Below are positions 14,014-27,710 of a DNA stretch of 64,000 nucleotides, one piece after another (position 1 is the first letter of the stretch; each line of letters begins with the position of its first letter). The notes under the pieces were generated by a model. The model made no database searches, had not been told where the DNA came from, and saw only the letters and a program-made list of their open reading frames with translations. Source of the stretch: Octopus vulgaris (taxonomy: Eukaryota). The translations under genes were made by a program, and so were the position numbers. The stretch spans positions 9,052,001 to 9,116,000 of the forward strand of contig OX597836.1 of the NCBI GenBank assembly GCA_951406725.2, given 5' to 3'.

Positions 14014-15059
14014 TGTATATATTATTATATATATATATATATGTATATATATATAATTTATACATATATATTTACATGTATATATATACATGCCACAATA
14101 TATATATATATATATATGCACACACATATATGTATATATTATTGCATATATATATTTTATGTATATGTTTATATATAGATACGTATATATATATGTTTGT
14201 GTGTGTATGTATATGCATATATGTATACATACATACACACATACATACATACACACACACATACATACATACATACATGCATACATACATACATACATAC
14301 ACACATACATACATACACACATACATACATACATACATACATACATACATACATACATACATACATACACACATACATACATACATACATACATACATAC
14401 ATACATACATACATACATACATACACACATACATACATACATACATACATACATACATACATACATACATACATACATACATACATACATACATACATAC
14501 ATACATACATACATACATGCTTAGATTGACGTCAAAAATAACGTGAGGTGAGTTGAGGTGAAACAAGAGGAAAGAAAAAAAAAGGCATTTTTCAAGTTTA
14601 AGGAAACAATGGAAAAGTCACTGCAAATGACCAATCATAAAGTACGTGTGAATCGTAAAGTTTGTTCTCCGCTTATTTACAGATTGAAATGAAAAACATT
14701 CTCCGAAACGTTCTCATACTCCATAGAAGTTGTGTGAAAATATTTCAAGAATTAAAATTAAGACTTTTGTAATTATTCTGAGCTTTCTTTGCAGTTTGTT
14801 TTATATTACATTATATTATATTATATTATTTTATTGTTTTTCATTTCGTGTTCAGTTTTTATTTGTTTGCTTGTTTGTTTGTCTTTCTTTCTTCAGAGTT
14901 GTTGTTGTTGTTGTTATTTTTTTTGTGTCTTTTTTTTGCTTTGTTTTGCTTTGTTTTTTGTGTTTTGAGGGTTGGAGTGATTGCGTTACTATTTCCTTTT
15001 TTGTGTTTAAAGTTTACTTTTGAGTATTCTAACATACACACGCATATAATATATAAATC

Positions 15060-15121
<62 letters not shown>

Positions 15122-16234
15122 GAGAGAGGGGGTGAGATTCATTAATTCGTGGTTGTGGCTTCAATCGATCGTTCTTCTGATACCCTTCTTCCGTTTTCAC
15201 AGAAACATCAAATTTCTGGTGGTTTCCGGATGTCCGTTCTAACGCCCATTGGTCAGTTCGTTTGGTGTGTCACGTGGCATGCTATTCAAGACACCTTTTG
15301 TCGAGAGTGATGCAATACGCACGGGGTGACGATGCAACACGCGTTATTGTTGCTTAAGTCGAGTGCGAACTCTTAACAAGCGAACTTAGGATCTGAGACA
15401 TCCCACCCGTGGACCATACTGTCCGTCTTTTTTCTTCCATCATTTCGCATCAAAAATGGTCTTGGTGTGACATTAACCATTCAACGGAAATAAGTTTCTT
15501 GCAAAAACACACAGCCTCGGTAATTGTGTTATTCACGTGTGATATAAGTTTTCTTGCGTTGGGGATGCAGCTATAGATAATCTTAACTTTATTCCTATTG
15601 AACAATTACTTACATTTGTATTCTAGAGGGAAGTGTCTTTCTTTAAAATTTAGAAGGATCATAACTGCATTAAGCCCAACATTGTGTGAGAAATGACCTT
15701 CATGTACCTTGTTCTCTTGGTGGTACCCTGGATGAGATTATGGATGATCTTAGCTTTGAACCCACAGGTCTCTCGAGAGTTTTTTTGTATTAAAGGGCCA
15801 CCTTATCGAAAGATCTATGAGTTAGATACCTGTTTCAAGATATTCTTCTGCTGACATCTTTCACAAGGCTTGTCTATGTTGGGAACAGTGGCAACGAGTG
15901 TATTCAGTACTTGACTTCGCCCGGGATGGCCATGGTGAGGACAAAATCGCAGGTAATGATAATGAAATCCTGCTTATTGAAAAGCTGAAAAGTCGCCCTC
16001 ATCTGCAGATCGTTCCCTGCTTCCAAGCTAGGACTGGGGTGAGGTAATCTATCTGCTATCGGCTTGCCAATAAAGTACGTTTGCCTTGATAAACCAATTC
16101 CAGTGACGCGTCTCTCTTCGAGGCTTCGTATCCTCTAAAAGAACGTGTAGTCTGCACCTCTTCCACAGAGTTTGTCTTCGCCTCATAGCTAGGTCTGACT
16201 GGGGACAGCAATGTCAATGAATTTCATAACCCTA

Positions 16235-17105
16235 CCACCTCGGGCTGAAAGTGGTGGACAAATTCACCTGCTTAGGAAACCTACTGTTCCAAACCATCGT
16301 CTTTGAGGATGAAGTGATAGCCAAATTCGCCAAGGCTGTGTGGAACAAGACAGGCATCACTGTTTAAATAAAGATTAAGGTGTACCGGGCTGTAGTTCTC
16401 ACAACACTAATATTTGGCTGTGAAGCATAAAATGTCCACCATCAGCATGCAACGAAGATGAAGAATATCCGTACAACCTACCCCAGAAAAATGTTTGGAA
16501 ACAAGTGACAAGCAGAATTTCCCGGCTGTGAAGCATGGACTATCTATCAACGATATGCAAGGAAGCTGAAACATTTCCATGCCCCTTACTTCATAAAAAG
16601 TTTTGGCATCATGTAGCAGGACAGGATTCCTGTTATTGATGCACCAATTCGAGCTGAACTATTTGGCAGCCGCAAACTCCTGGTGCAGTCAGAACTGTAC
16701 AGAGGGAGTCATGTAGTTCGTGTGCCAAACCATCAGCTCCCAAAGAAACTGTTCTACGATTCTCAAAGAAACTCCAGCGCAATAAATGCTCCCAAGGGGA
16801 CTAAAAAAGGCTACAGAAGATCACTGACAGGTCCACTAGACACCTTTAACAACAATTGTAAGGAGTGGGGACAAATAATCAATAATGTCGCCAACAGAGT
16901 GAGTGAGGCCAATAGAGTGACTGCAGCTGAGCAATGCAGGCAGATCAGAAAGGAGAAATGCCATCGCATTCTCACGGTTGTCGTCTGCTCATCCTGTTCA
17001 TGCAGTTGCGTAGATTCGACTAACTGGCCATTTGCGTGCGCATTCATAATGTCCGATCACCCTAGTAGGAGACTAGATGGCCTATGTGGAGAGGAAGGAC
17101 GAACA
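16235..17105 (+). mobile_element. Decayed RTE (BovB-like) LINE 3' region
   Basis: LKVVDKFTCLG..EDEV.AKFAKA..KIKVYRAVVLTTLIFGCEA..GCEAWTIYQRYARKLKHFH..HVVRVPNHQLPKKLFY; many stops. Confidence 0.88.
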
Positions 17106-17349
17106 GCAGGAGAATGTATGTACGTGCGTGTGAGAGAGAGAGGGGAGAGAGAGAGATAGAGAAAGAGCGAGAGTGTGTCTGTGTGTATAGAGCAATGTGT
17201 ATTTGCATATAATTTATGCACACTCACACACAATGCAAACACACACATACACACTCAATGCAACACACACATACACACACACACATATATATAAGTATAT
17301 ATACATACATATATATATATGTATGTATGTATACTTGTGTATATGTATG

Positions 17350-17396
<47 letters not shown>

Positions 17397-18061
17397 ATAC
17401 ACATACATACATACACGCGCATATGTATGTACAAATGCGTGTGCATAAGTATTTGTATACGCATATATATACATATGTATGAATACATAGATGCACGTAT
17501 ACATACACATACAAAGACACACACGCATACATACATACATACATACATACATACATACATACATACATACATACATACATACATACACACATACACACAA
17601 GACACAACAACGAAATGCGACGTACCCGACTTTCAGATAATGAGGGGGTTCTTTTTGTATGCTTAGAATATTATTCCAAATATGGAATCAATGGTTATTT
17701 TTGCAATTCAACCATGTGATGCCATCAAAGAATTGAAACCATTTTTAATTTCTTCGCGTGTTGATGGTCTGTCCATCTGCATGTCGGTCGCTTTTTTTTA
17801 CATTCTATTACAGTACAAAATGAACATTGCAGTAGAGACACCTTCTCCCACCCTCACTCCGGCATCTCTCTCCCCCTCTCTCTTTTAGTTTCTTCCTCTC
17901 TCTCACACACACACACACATTCTTTCTCTCTACCATTTCATCGTCTATATAACTGTATCTAGTTTTTCTCACAGAGTGATACACACACTTAAGTGTGAGA
18001 ATACATATGAGTCGGTATACACGCGTGTGTGTGTGTGCGTGTGTACATATATTTTTTCTTT

Positions 18062-18140
18062 CTTTTTTCTTTTACTTGTTTCAGTCATTGGACTGCGGCC
18101 ACGCTGGAGCACTGCCTTTAGACGAACAAATCGACCCCCC
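18062..18140 (-). mobile_element. SINE A 3' tail fragment
   Basis: 'ttttacttgtttcagtcattggactgcggccacgctggagcactgcctttag..aaatcgacccc'. Confidence 0.85.
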
Positions 18141-18149
18141 CACACACAC

Positions 18150-19220
18150 ACACATCTCGTCCTGTCCATCGACCGAACACCCATTGTCACCAACGAGGGA
18201 CCTAATTGTGACATTATTGCCACGCTGGGTTTCTACCGTACGGGCCCATCCGGCAACATTAATTCCCTCACGACCCAATGCGCGCACTTCAGCCCGAATT
18301 CTGCACCTTTCATGTTTGGCTTTGAGGTAACGGTCCAAGGCCGTTCTCACCGCCAAAATGTGAAATGCAGAACCCAATCTCAACACTTCCTCTAGGTCTT
18401 TAACTAGCTGCCTTTCTATTCTGGCCCTATCTAGTCTTAGCTGATGGCTAAACCTAACAGACTCAAAACGAATGGCTTTCTTGAGAACGAACCACCATCG
18501 GTTATTAACCCCCACGCTGGTTAACGCCCTCTGTGCTAATTCCTTAAACCGGCTATGGCATGCCTCACAATTCAAAATAGACTTGTTTAGCTTCCAGTAG
18601 CCGGATCCTCTCTTAACTGTACTATCTATGTCCAGTCTACACTTAACCATTCTATGGCCAGTGTAAGCTACTTGGACAAGCTGTGGACAGCTAAAACTAG
18701 GCTTATCTCTAGTTCTTATCACTATCCGAAGTAAGACTTAAACCTTAGATCGAGCCAACGCTATCGATGCGTGCGTCAACAAAAGCGTTATAGTCTCCTA
18801 ACACCACTAATGTCTTCGACGTCACGAGAAAGTTCTCTAGGCGCCGATAAAAATATGTGTGAAGTCCTCTAGCACAATGTGCATATATTCCGATCAATCT
18901 GAAGGCCTTACTGCTGTATGTCACATCAAAGACGACCAGCCCACCTTCAGGGTCTTCATAGACTGTACTTGTTCGCAGAGCCAAGCCTTTCCGGACCAGT
19001 ACAACTACACCCCCTCTCCATCTAATCTGGCTAGGAGACATGATTTTCTCGTAGTCATTCAGGAGGGGCAAGAAGGCTTGTAGACTATCCAGCTTGGGTC
19101 TGTAGCAACCATCACATGCATATCGTGTGATATGAGGTCGTCGAGGACACAAGCTTGCTTCCATTTCGAGCTCAGACCACGCACATTCAAACACCCAAGA
19201 TTAAGTGTAGCCAAAACAAG
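18150..19220 (-). pseudogene. Tx1 ORF2 apurinic-like endonuclease and linker, frameshifted
   Basis: GGVVVLVRK..DPEGGLVVFDV..FRLIGIYA..LVVLGDYNA..TGHRMV (SDH equivalent)..GSGYWKLNKSIL..RARIERQL..AKHERCRIRA. Confidence 0.9.
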
Positions 19221-19224
19221 GGCT

Positions 19225-20632
19225 CTACTTACCCTTCACTGGTGATATTGGGGCTGACCTCACAACACATGAGGCAGCCCTTTCTTCCTCCTCCTTCTTC
19301 AAATATCCTGGAAGGTCCGGGATACTCCTGATGGTCTTTGGATACCTGTCCTTCGGTTGCCTGTAAAGGCCTTCCCCTATCCAGGCACATCTTTCTCTTA
19401 AGTCCTTGTGCTGTTGAAACAGCGTGGTGGTGTGGTAATCTTTTACAATGTCCTCAATGTATTTGTCTCTGGTCTCATATTTTACCAGAGTTTTCGGTTC
19501 GTTATCGTTCGTTTTTTCCCTTTTTTCCTTGTGGGACAACGGGGCAGGGTCGTTTCTTTTTTTGTGGTGTGGTGCTTCCTTTTTCGTTTTCTTTTGTGGG
19601 GGGGGTGTGGATGGGGAAGGTGCGTGTGTTCCTTTCCGAACTGCTGTGAACTCCCCCTCAACCACCTCCATTGTGTCGCCCGGGGGAGTTACATGTTCTG
19701 ATACCACTTTAGTGGGGGTGGGTTTTTTTGACGTTATCTGGACATGTGTATGCATGGGCTGGGGTTTTGGGGTGTTGTGTTTGGGGGCGGACACCACAAA
19801 TGGGGGAGTAGAAATTTTTGTTTCTGTGGGGGCTTGTGTGTGCGGGTTTGGGGTCTTTTTTTGTAATTAAGGGGTCTGGTGTCTGCGCCACTTTTCTTTT
19901 CCATAGTTCACAGTCTATACGGATGTGGCTTTTTTTCCACAATCGTAAACATGTTGGCTTTTTGTCCTCTACTTGTATTCTGAGGGCGATATCCTCACCC
20001 AAGAGCACCCTCTCTGGAACTATTTCAATATCTTCCTGAGTTCCCTGAATAATGGAAGAAATGCTTTGCCCGAGCCAGTTTTGTGGGGCAGAGTGTGTGA
20101 TCTGAAGGAAGGCGATTTTGTCCGTCCTGTTATACAACAGGACGGCCATCACCTCCCTTACATCAACTTCAGGTGGCACTTCTGTCACTCTTACTCGAGC
20201 AGTTCGTCTCCCCATGTAGGTTGGCAGAAGTACCAACTCCTTTGTTTTCAGGGGACTCACTGAGTGCTTTTGGGCTTTTACTTCTGTTTCAAATCTGGCC
20301 TCTACTGTGCCGTAAGTCCGGCCCCTCGCTATATACTTTATGTCTTCTCATAGGGGAGCCAGACATTTTTCAATTTTGCACTGCTCAAAGTGCTTAAATT
20401 TCTTTGTTGAAGGACAGTATATTTTAAAAACAACTGTCCTTCTTTTCAATTTTTCAACACTAGGTGAGGGTGATGTTTTTATATCACCCCACCCTTCTTT
20501 CATTTTTTCAAAAAACTCGGAGAGCTTTTCCTTTGGTAGTTCAACGTTTTCAGTAGCCACTGCGGTAACTGCTGAAAATTTCTTAACTGGCTGTTCCAGT
20601 GAATGCTTCTCTGAAATTATTTCGACCGACAT
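19225..20632 (-). pseudogene. Tx1 ORF1 (gag-like), broken over three ORF segments
   Basis: ORFs 20348-20659, 19709-20260 and 19225-19797. LLPTYMGRRTARVRVTEVPPEV and a decayed zinc knuckle PTCLRLWKKSHIRIDC, then a Pro/Lys-rich tail. Confidence 0.8.
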
Positions 20633-20644
20633 ATTCTTTCGAAA

Positions 20645-21080
20645 TAAATTTACACACAATTTAATCCCAGAAAGCGGGAAACCTATAATTTTTTTACTTT
20701 TTTTTTCTTTCTCTCAACGAGGACAACAGTTCAAATCCCACCCCGCTGGGAGGGGGGCGAGGGACAACAGCAAAGACTACAACAGCCGAAATTAAATTTT
20801 TCACACAATAATAATAAATTGGGTATCCAAAAAAACGGGAAACCTATGATATGTTTTTTTCCCCCTCACAACGAGGACAACAGTTCAAATCTCACCCCCG
20901 CTAGGGGCGGGTGCTAGAATAGAGCCTACAACGGCTAAAATTAAATTTTTCACACAATAATAAATTGATTATCCCGAAAAACAGGAAACCTATAATATTT
21001 TTTTCCTCTTAATGAGGATAACAGTTCAAATCCCACCCCCGCTGGGAGGAGGGCACGACAATAAAGCCTACAACAGCTTT
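20645..21080 (-). repeat. Three ~149-bp tandem monomers in the Tx1 5' UTR
   Basis: 'aaattt..cacacaa...ggaaacctat...gagga(c/t)aacagttcaaatc.cacccc.gct...ctacaac' starting at ~20646, 20794, 20943. Confidence 0.9.
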
Positions 21081-21465
21081 AACATATTCAATATTTCGAC
21101 AATTCACAACTGTAAATATGGCTTTACACAAACAATTTCTTTTTCCCGTCACCGGGAAAAAAGCACAAAACATTTTCAAAGTTTAACAGTTCAACACTGT
21201 TCAACAGTTCGAAAATGTTCAACAACAAACAGTCGACAATTCCAACAGAAATAAATTAATCCAAGGTTCAACAAAACCTTCGATTCACCACCAAAAAAAC
21301 ACGTCTAACGACGAGACTGGTGGGCAGCTGCTTACCACACAGCCGCACCTGCACCTGCGCCAATATATATATATTTGAAGAAAGGAAAAGAAATGGCTTT
21401 TCTGATAAATTTTTGAAATATATGATATTGTACCACGGATTTTCTATCTCTTATTCAACTATATA

Positions 21466-21637
21466 GGCGTAGGAGTGGCTGTGTGGTAAGTAGCTTGTTT
21501 ACGAACCTCATGATTCCGGGTTCAGTCCCACTGCGTGGCACCTTGGGAAAAGTGTCTTCTACTATAGCCTCGGGCCGACCAAGGCCTTGTGAGTGGATTT
21601 GGTAGACGGAAACTGAAAGAAGCCCGTCGTATATATG

Positions 21638-21693
<56 letters not shown>

Positions 21694-21903
21694 TGTGTTC
21701 CCACCACCACCACCAACATCGCTTGACAACTGATGCTAGTGTGTTTACGTCCACGTAACTTAGCGGTTCGTCAAAAGAGACCGATAGAATAAGTACTAGG
21801 CTTAGAAACAATAAGTCCTGGGGTCGATTTGCTCGACTAAAAAAAGGCGGTGCTCCAGCATGGCCACAGTCAAATGACTGAAACAAGTAAAAGAGTAAAG
21901 GAG
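21466..21903 (+). mobile_element. SINE family A, full length (tRNA-like head, CORE-like segment, internal (GT)n, tandem tail)
   Basis: ggcgtaggagtggctgtgtggtaag..ggttcagtccc..accttggg..; ends 'gactgaaacaagtaaaagagta'. Confidence 0.92.
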
Positions 21904-21972
<69 letters not shown>

Positions 21973-22024
21973 ATATGTATGTATATATATATATACATAT
22001 CAAAAGGTTTTAGTGGCCCTTCCT

Positions 22025-22250
22025 GAACGATAGGCTCATAAGGCCGATTTCCCGGATTCTGTGGCGTATCTATTCCTTCTCCTGGAGGGGGCGCCAGTCC
22101 CTAGCAGTATTATATTACTCATCTTTACTAACTGAGAGGATTGGGGAAACATAAAAGGAAGCATTTTGCTCAAGAGCACAAGGCATCGCCCGGTCTAGGA
22201 ATCGAAACCACCATCTTACGATCACGAATTCAAAACCCCAACGACTAAAC
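22025..22250 (-). mobile_element. Diverged tRNA/CORE-like SINE (family C head, different tail)
   Basis: Minus strand has B-box-like 'ggtttcgattcc', 'ctcttgagcaaaatgctt' and 'gactggcgccccctccagg'. Confidence 0.6.
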
Positions 22251-22269
22251 TTTCATCTTTAACGCTTTT

Positions 22270-22427
22270 GCTTGGGGCGGGGCAGTCAATTAGATAGACC
22301 TCAGTACGCAACTGGTACTTAATTTATCGACCCCGAAAGTACGAAAGGCAAAGTCGACCTCGGCGGAATTTGAACTCAGAACGTAAAGACAGACGAAATG
22401 CTGCTAAGCATTTCGCCCGGCGTGCTA
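22270..22427 (-). mobile_element. SINE B monomer
   Basis: 'ggcaaagtcgacctcggcggaatttgaactcagaacg'. Confidence 0.88.
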
Positions 22428-22943
22428 CTGGGCGTCGATTTGTTCAACAAAACAGACTTCAATACGATGCCCCAGCAAAGCCGCAATCCAATAGCTAGAA
22501 CAACTTAAAACATCACATTAGATCCTACAACTAGCTGCGCCCATAGCAGGGGTCAGGGTGGGGGGAAAGTTGGGGTCCCCAGATAGCTGAACATCATCAT
22601 GGTCGCGTTCCATTTTGTTTTAAAGTTGCGTGGGCAATTTTTCATCTTTTTTACATTTTTTCTTTTTTTTTTGTCATCGTGCTTTGAATATTCACCCAAC
22701 AGAAGGAAATGGCGAAAGTCAATTTGTTGAAGGTATGTTGTCGATTTAACAATGGCTGACGAAACTAAACAACATTTCCAGAACATTCGACGAGATTTCA
22801 CATCCGCTGGGCAACTGACCTGTGCAAAAGTACATGACTTTTTGTTCTCCATATATATGTACATACATACATGGATACATAAATATATACATACATACAT
22901 ATATTTATATACATACACACACATATATGTATACATAGATTTA

Positions 22944-23000
<57 letters not shown>

Positions 23001-23011
23001 ATGTATACATG

Positions 23012-23092
<81 letters not shown>

Positions 23093-23790
23093 GTGCGTAT
23101 GCATGTATGTATGTGTCTTTTCACTGCACGGCAATTGAACGGATATCTTTTCTGAATAAAGGACTGCGCATAGTTTAACATTCACGAAATACTTTAACTA
23201 AATGACTATGAAATCACATGACACCCGGTTGTTGTACCATCTGTCGCCATATTTTTTGCTGATTTTCTGCGCGCATACACATACATACAAACACACACAC
23301 ACACACACTCACACACACACATGCAAATTTACGTAGATACATGCATACACGTACGTTTGTGTATATATATGTATATGTGTGTATATGTAATTGTGGGGCT
23401 GGGTTTCTTTTTCTATATGTATGTCAGCAGTAGTAGCCTCTAGTCTTTTTCTGGGTTTATTAATAACGCCTAAAACAAATACATTTGCATGAATTCACTA
23501 TATTGGCCGGGTGGGGGGGGGGTAAATTGTTCTAAAAATTTTCACTTTGTCTGGGAATGTTGTTCTACTCAGAAAGCGAAGCATCCAAGCCAGCCAGGAA
23601 ATGATTGAAATTGGGCTTCATAAAAATTTACGAAAATAGATAAAGAGAAAGAGAGGGGAAGAGAGAGAGAGAGGGGGTGAGAGGGAGAGAGAGGGGAACA
23701 GAGAGAAGGGGTGAGATAGAGGGGTGAGAGGGAGAGAGAGAGGGGGAAGAGAGAGAGAGAGAGAGAGAAAGAGAGATAAACCAGACAGAC

Positions 23791-23836
<46 letters not shown>

Positions 23837-23838
23837 TG

Positions 23839-23910
<72 letters not shown>

Positions 23911-23911
23911 G

Positions 23912-23950
<39 letters not shown>

Positions 23951-24309
23951 CAGACAGATAATCAAAACTATAAATTTACTTCATATTTTTGTGAAAAAAA
24001 TTTTGGATTTTTATTTGGTTTCTGGGTGGGGGGGGATTTTTGGTGGGTTTTTTGGTGTGTTTTTTTGCTTTTCGATATATTTTCTCAAAATACTATGCTA
24101 ATCTATATAATCAATCTAAATCAATTAATTCATTAATCAATAAAGCATACATTTTTTTCCTAGTACCCTAGGATCCATAAAACCAGTTACCCGGTTTACT
24201 TGGTGTGTAAGTGACAGAGATGACAACAACTCCACCGCTGAACAAGACTCCGATCCGTTGTCGGGTTCATGGCTAGAAATTTTGAAAGGAGAGAGTAAGT
24301 CGAAGAAAA

Positions 24310-24760
24310 AACTAAGTTGACAGCGGTGGGATTTGAACTCAGATCGTAAAGCGACGGGAGAAATATCACTAAGCATTTTCTCTGACGTGCTAACGATTCT
24401 TATTTCTTTACTGCCCACAAGGGGTTACACACAGAGGGGACAAACAAGGGCAAACAAACGGATTAAGTCGATTATATCGACCCCGGTGCGTAACTGGTAC
24501 TTATTTTATCGACCCGGAAAGGATGAAAAGCAAAGTCGACCTCGGCGGAATTTTAACTCAGAACGTAGCGGCAGACGAAATACTACTATGCATTTCGTCC
24601 GGCATGCTAACGTTTCTTATTTCTTTACTGCCCACAAGGGGCTACACGCAGAGAGGACAAACAAGGACAGACAAACGAATTAAGTCGATTACGTCGACCC
24701 CAGTGCGTAACTGGTACTTATTTACTCGATCTCGAAAGGATGAAAGGCAAAGTCTTTCAT
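24310..24760 (-). mobile_element. SINE B multimer, truncated
   Basis: Repeated 'ttcttatttctttactgcccacaagggg..' units. Confidence 0.85.
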
Positions 24761-24835
24761 CCTTGCATACATGCATTCATACATACACACACACATACAT
24801 ACATACATACATACATACATACATACATACATACA

Positions 24836-25096
24836 TGGCCTAATGGTTAGGGTATTGCACACACGATCGTGAGATCGTAGTTTCAATTCCAGTACGCGGT
24901 GGTGTGTTGTGTTCTTGAGCAAAACACTTCATCTCATGTTGCTCTGTTACCACTACGACACCTGACGTGTGGAGCACACCGTGCACCTGTTCAAACAACG
25001 TCGATTGATTGGGGAAGGGAGGGAGCTAATGTACATCATATACCATACATTTGATCACTATAAACATTGTACAGGTCGTTCAGTAAGAAGTGCAGA
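24836..25096 (+). mobile_element. SINE family C variant, interrupted by a SINE B trimer
   Basis: A-box 'tggcctaatgg', 'gtttcaattcc', CORE-like 'tgtgttcttgagcaaaacactt'. Confidence 0.75.
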
Positions 25097-25722
25097 AGGC
25101 GACGAATTGGCAGAATCGTTAGCACGCCGGGTGAAACGCTTAGCGGTATTTCGTCTGCCGTTACGTTCTGAGTTCAAATTCCGCCGAGGTTGACTTTGCC
25201 TTTCATCCTTTCAGGGTCGATAAATAACGTACCAGTTGTGTACTGGGGTCGATATAATCGACTTCACCCGTTTGTCTGTCCTTGTTTGTCTCCTCTGTGT
25301 TTAGCCCCTTGTGGGTAGTAAAGAAATAGAAATAGGTATTTCATCTGCCGTTACGTCCTGAGTTCAAATTCCGCCGAGGTCGACTTTGCCTTTCATCCTT
25401 TCGGGGTCGATAAATTAAGTACCAGTTACGCACTGGGGTCGATGTAATCAACTTAATCCCTTTGTCTGTCCTTGTTTGTCCCTTCTGTGTTTAATCGCTT
25501 GTGGGCAATAAAGAAAGCACGTCGGGCGAAATGCTTAGCGGTATTTCGTCTGCCGTTACGTCCTGAGTTCAAATTCCGCCGAGGTCGACTTTGCCTTTCA
25601 TCCTTTCGGGGTCGATAAATTAAGTAACAGTTATGCACTGGGGTCGATATAATCGACTTAATTCGTTTGTCTCTCCTTGTTTGTCCCCTCTGTGTTTAGC
25701 CCCTTGTGGGCAGTAAAGAAAT
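25097..25722 (+). mobile_element. SINE B head-to-tail trimer
   Basis: Three units; flanks taagaagtgcagaa (25084-25097) and taagaaactgcagaa (25722-25736). Confidence 0.9.
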
Positions 25723-25974
25723 AAGAAACTGCAGAACCGTCTTTCTCGGACTACGAGAAACTACCATTATGTTATATCGTGTTGATATGTATATAAATAC
25801 CAATATGTGTGGGTGTCTAATTGCTATGAAGGGACAATGACACTGTCGTGCTGATGATATATATATATATATTTCTATGCTTAGGTGTTTTATGTTAGAT
25901 AAGCGTCTACGTAGCGGTTACGCCAAATCGCTAATGAGGTTAATCGTCTCAGGTTGCAAAGCAAGAGGAAATAG

Positions 25975-26063
<89 letters not shown>

Positions 26064-26294
26064 CGGCCGTTGTTCAGACAGAGATGTGTGCACGCATGCA
26101 TGTATGCGCACATGTGTGTGGAAATGGTTTAATATATGTATGTATGGAGATGATTTATAATTTGCAGTGCTAATGCGTGCGTTCGTAGATATGTTAGAGT
26201 GAGTCTTATGTAATGTCAATGATTATGTATGATTGCGTGCATGTGTGCGCTTGTATGTCGTGTGTGTCTGCATCAGTGTGCACGCCTGCGTGTT

Positions 26295-26351
<57 letters not shown>

Positions 26352-26832
26352 GGTACGGGTATTACTATGTTACCGTGGCTTAGGTTAGATAAAATAACGA
26401 CAGCGGGGTATGATTTATCGTTTTAGATTTTGTGCGTTGGTGTACGTATGTGTTAGGTTGAACTGCCTTGTAGTTTTAGATGGGTGGTCAAAGGTACGTT
26501 GTTGTTAATGGGATTAAAGCGTGTTGTACGTTGTTTAAAAACCTTGCGTTCAATTTCTTTATGTCAGCTGTGTAGGAGTGTGAATGGCGCTAAAATCATG
26601 CTTACCCGCTGGAGTCAACTGCGGAGGCAGGTCTTGTGTTGGTATGCAGCATTAAGTTCAGATTTATTCTGGGTGAACAATAAGAAGCTTGCTTTTCAAC
26701 CTCGTGTCTCTAGGTTCAGTCCCATTGCGTGACACATTGGGCAAGTGCCTTCTGCTATGGTCTCTGGTTGACCAAAGCCTCGTGAGTGGATTTGGTAGAC
26801 GGAAACGGAAAGAAGGATGTCGTCTATATATA

Positions 26833-26891
<59 letters not shown>

Positions 26892-26899
26892 TCTCTCTC

Positions 26900-27310
26900 T
26901 CTCTTTACTCTTACTCTTACTCTTACTTGTTTCAGTCATTTGACTGCGGCCATGCTGGAGCACCGCCTTTAGTCGGGCAAATCGACCCCGGGACTTATTC
27001 TTTGTAAGCCCAGTACTTATTCTATCGGTCTCTTTTGCCGAACCGCTAAGTGACGGGGACGTAAGCACACCAGCATCGGTTGTCAAGCAATGCTAGGGGG
27101 ACAACCACAGACACACAAACACACTCACATATATATATATATATACACACGACGGGCTTCTTTCAGTTTCCGTCTACCAAATCCACTCACAAGGCATTGG
27201 TCAGCCCGGGGCTATAGCAGAAGACACTTGCCCAAGATGCCACGCAGTGGGACTGAACCCGGAACCATGTGGTTGGTTAGCAAGCTACTTACCACACAGC
27301 CACTCCTGCG

Positions 27311-27312
<2 letters not shown>
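26900..27312 (-). mobile_element. SINE A full length; partial + strand heads at ~26680-26825 and ~27707-27822
   Basis: Reverse complement of the 21466 copy. Confidence 0.92.
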
Positions 27313-27360
<48 letters not shown>

Positions 27361-27363
<3 letters not shown>

Positions 27364-27548
27364 AGAATTCACAAAAAAAAACAAAAGACGAAGGCAGGTG
27401 GTGTAGACAATAAACAGATGTATTAGTATAACGCTCGGGAATTGAAAAAGTGTTTAACGTTTCGAGCCTACGCTCTTCCACAGAAAGGAACACAGAAGGA
27501 AACAAAGGGAGAACCTGGAAAGAAAAATGTGTGTAGTGACTACCGATC
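27361..27548 (-). mobile_element. Short (TA)n-embedded element with a minimal hammerhead-like motif (27453-27486)
   Basis: Minus: ttt CTGTGGA A GAGC gtag GCTC GAAA CG TT aaa. Confidence 0.6.
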
Positions 27549-27575
27549 TATCATATACACACATATATATTGCGA

Positions 27576-27607
<32 letters not shown>

Positions 27608-27613
27608 AGCTAC

Positions 27614-27710
<97 letters not shown>

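Larger units (their letters stand above)
18150..21320 (-). mobile_element. Tx1-type L1-clade non-LTR retrotransposon: 5' UTR, ORF1 and N-terminal ORF2, RT domain missing
   Basis: Colinear 5' repeat region, gag-like ORF1 fragments and APE endonuclease fragments, all on the minus strand. Confidence 0.9.
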
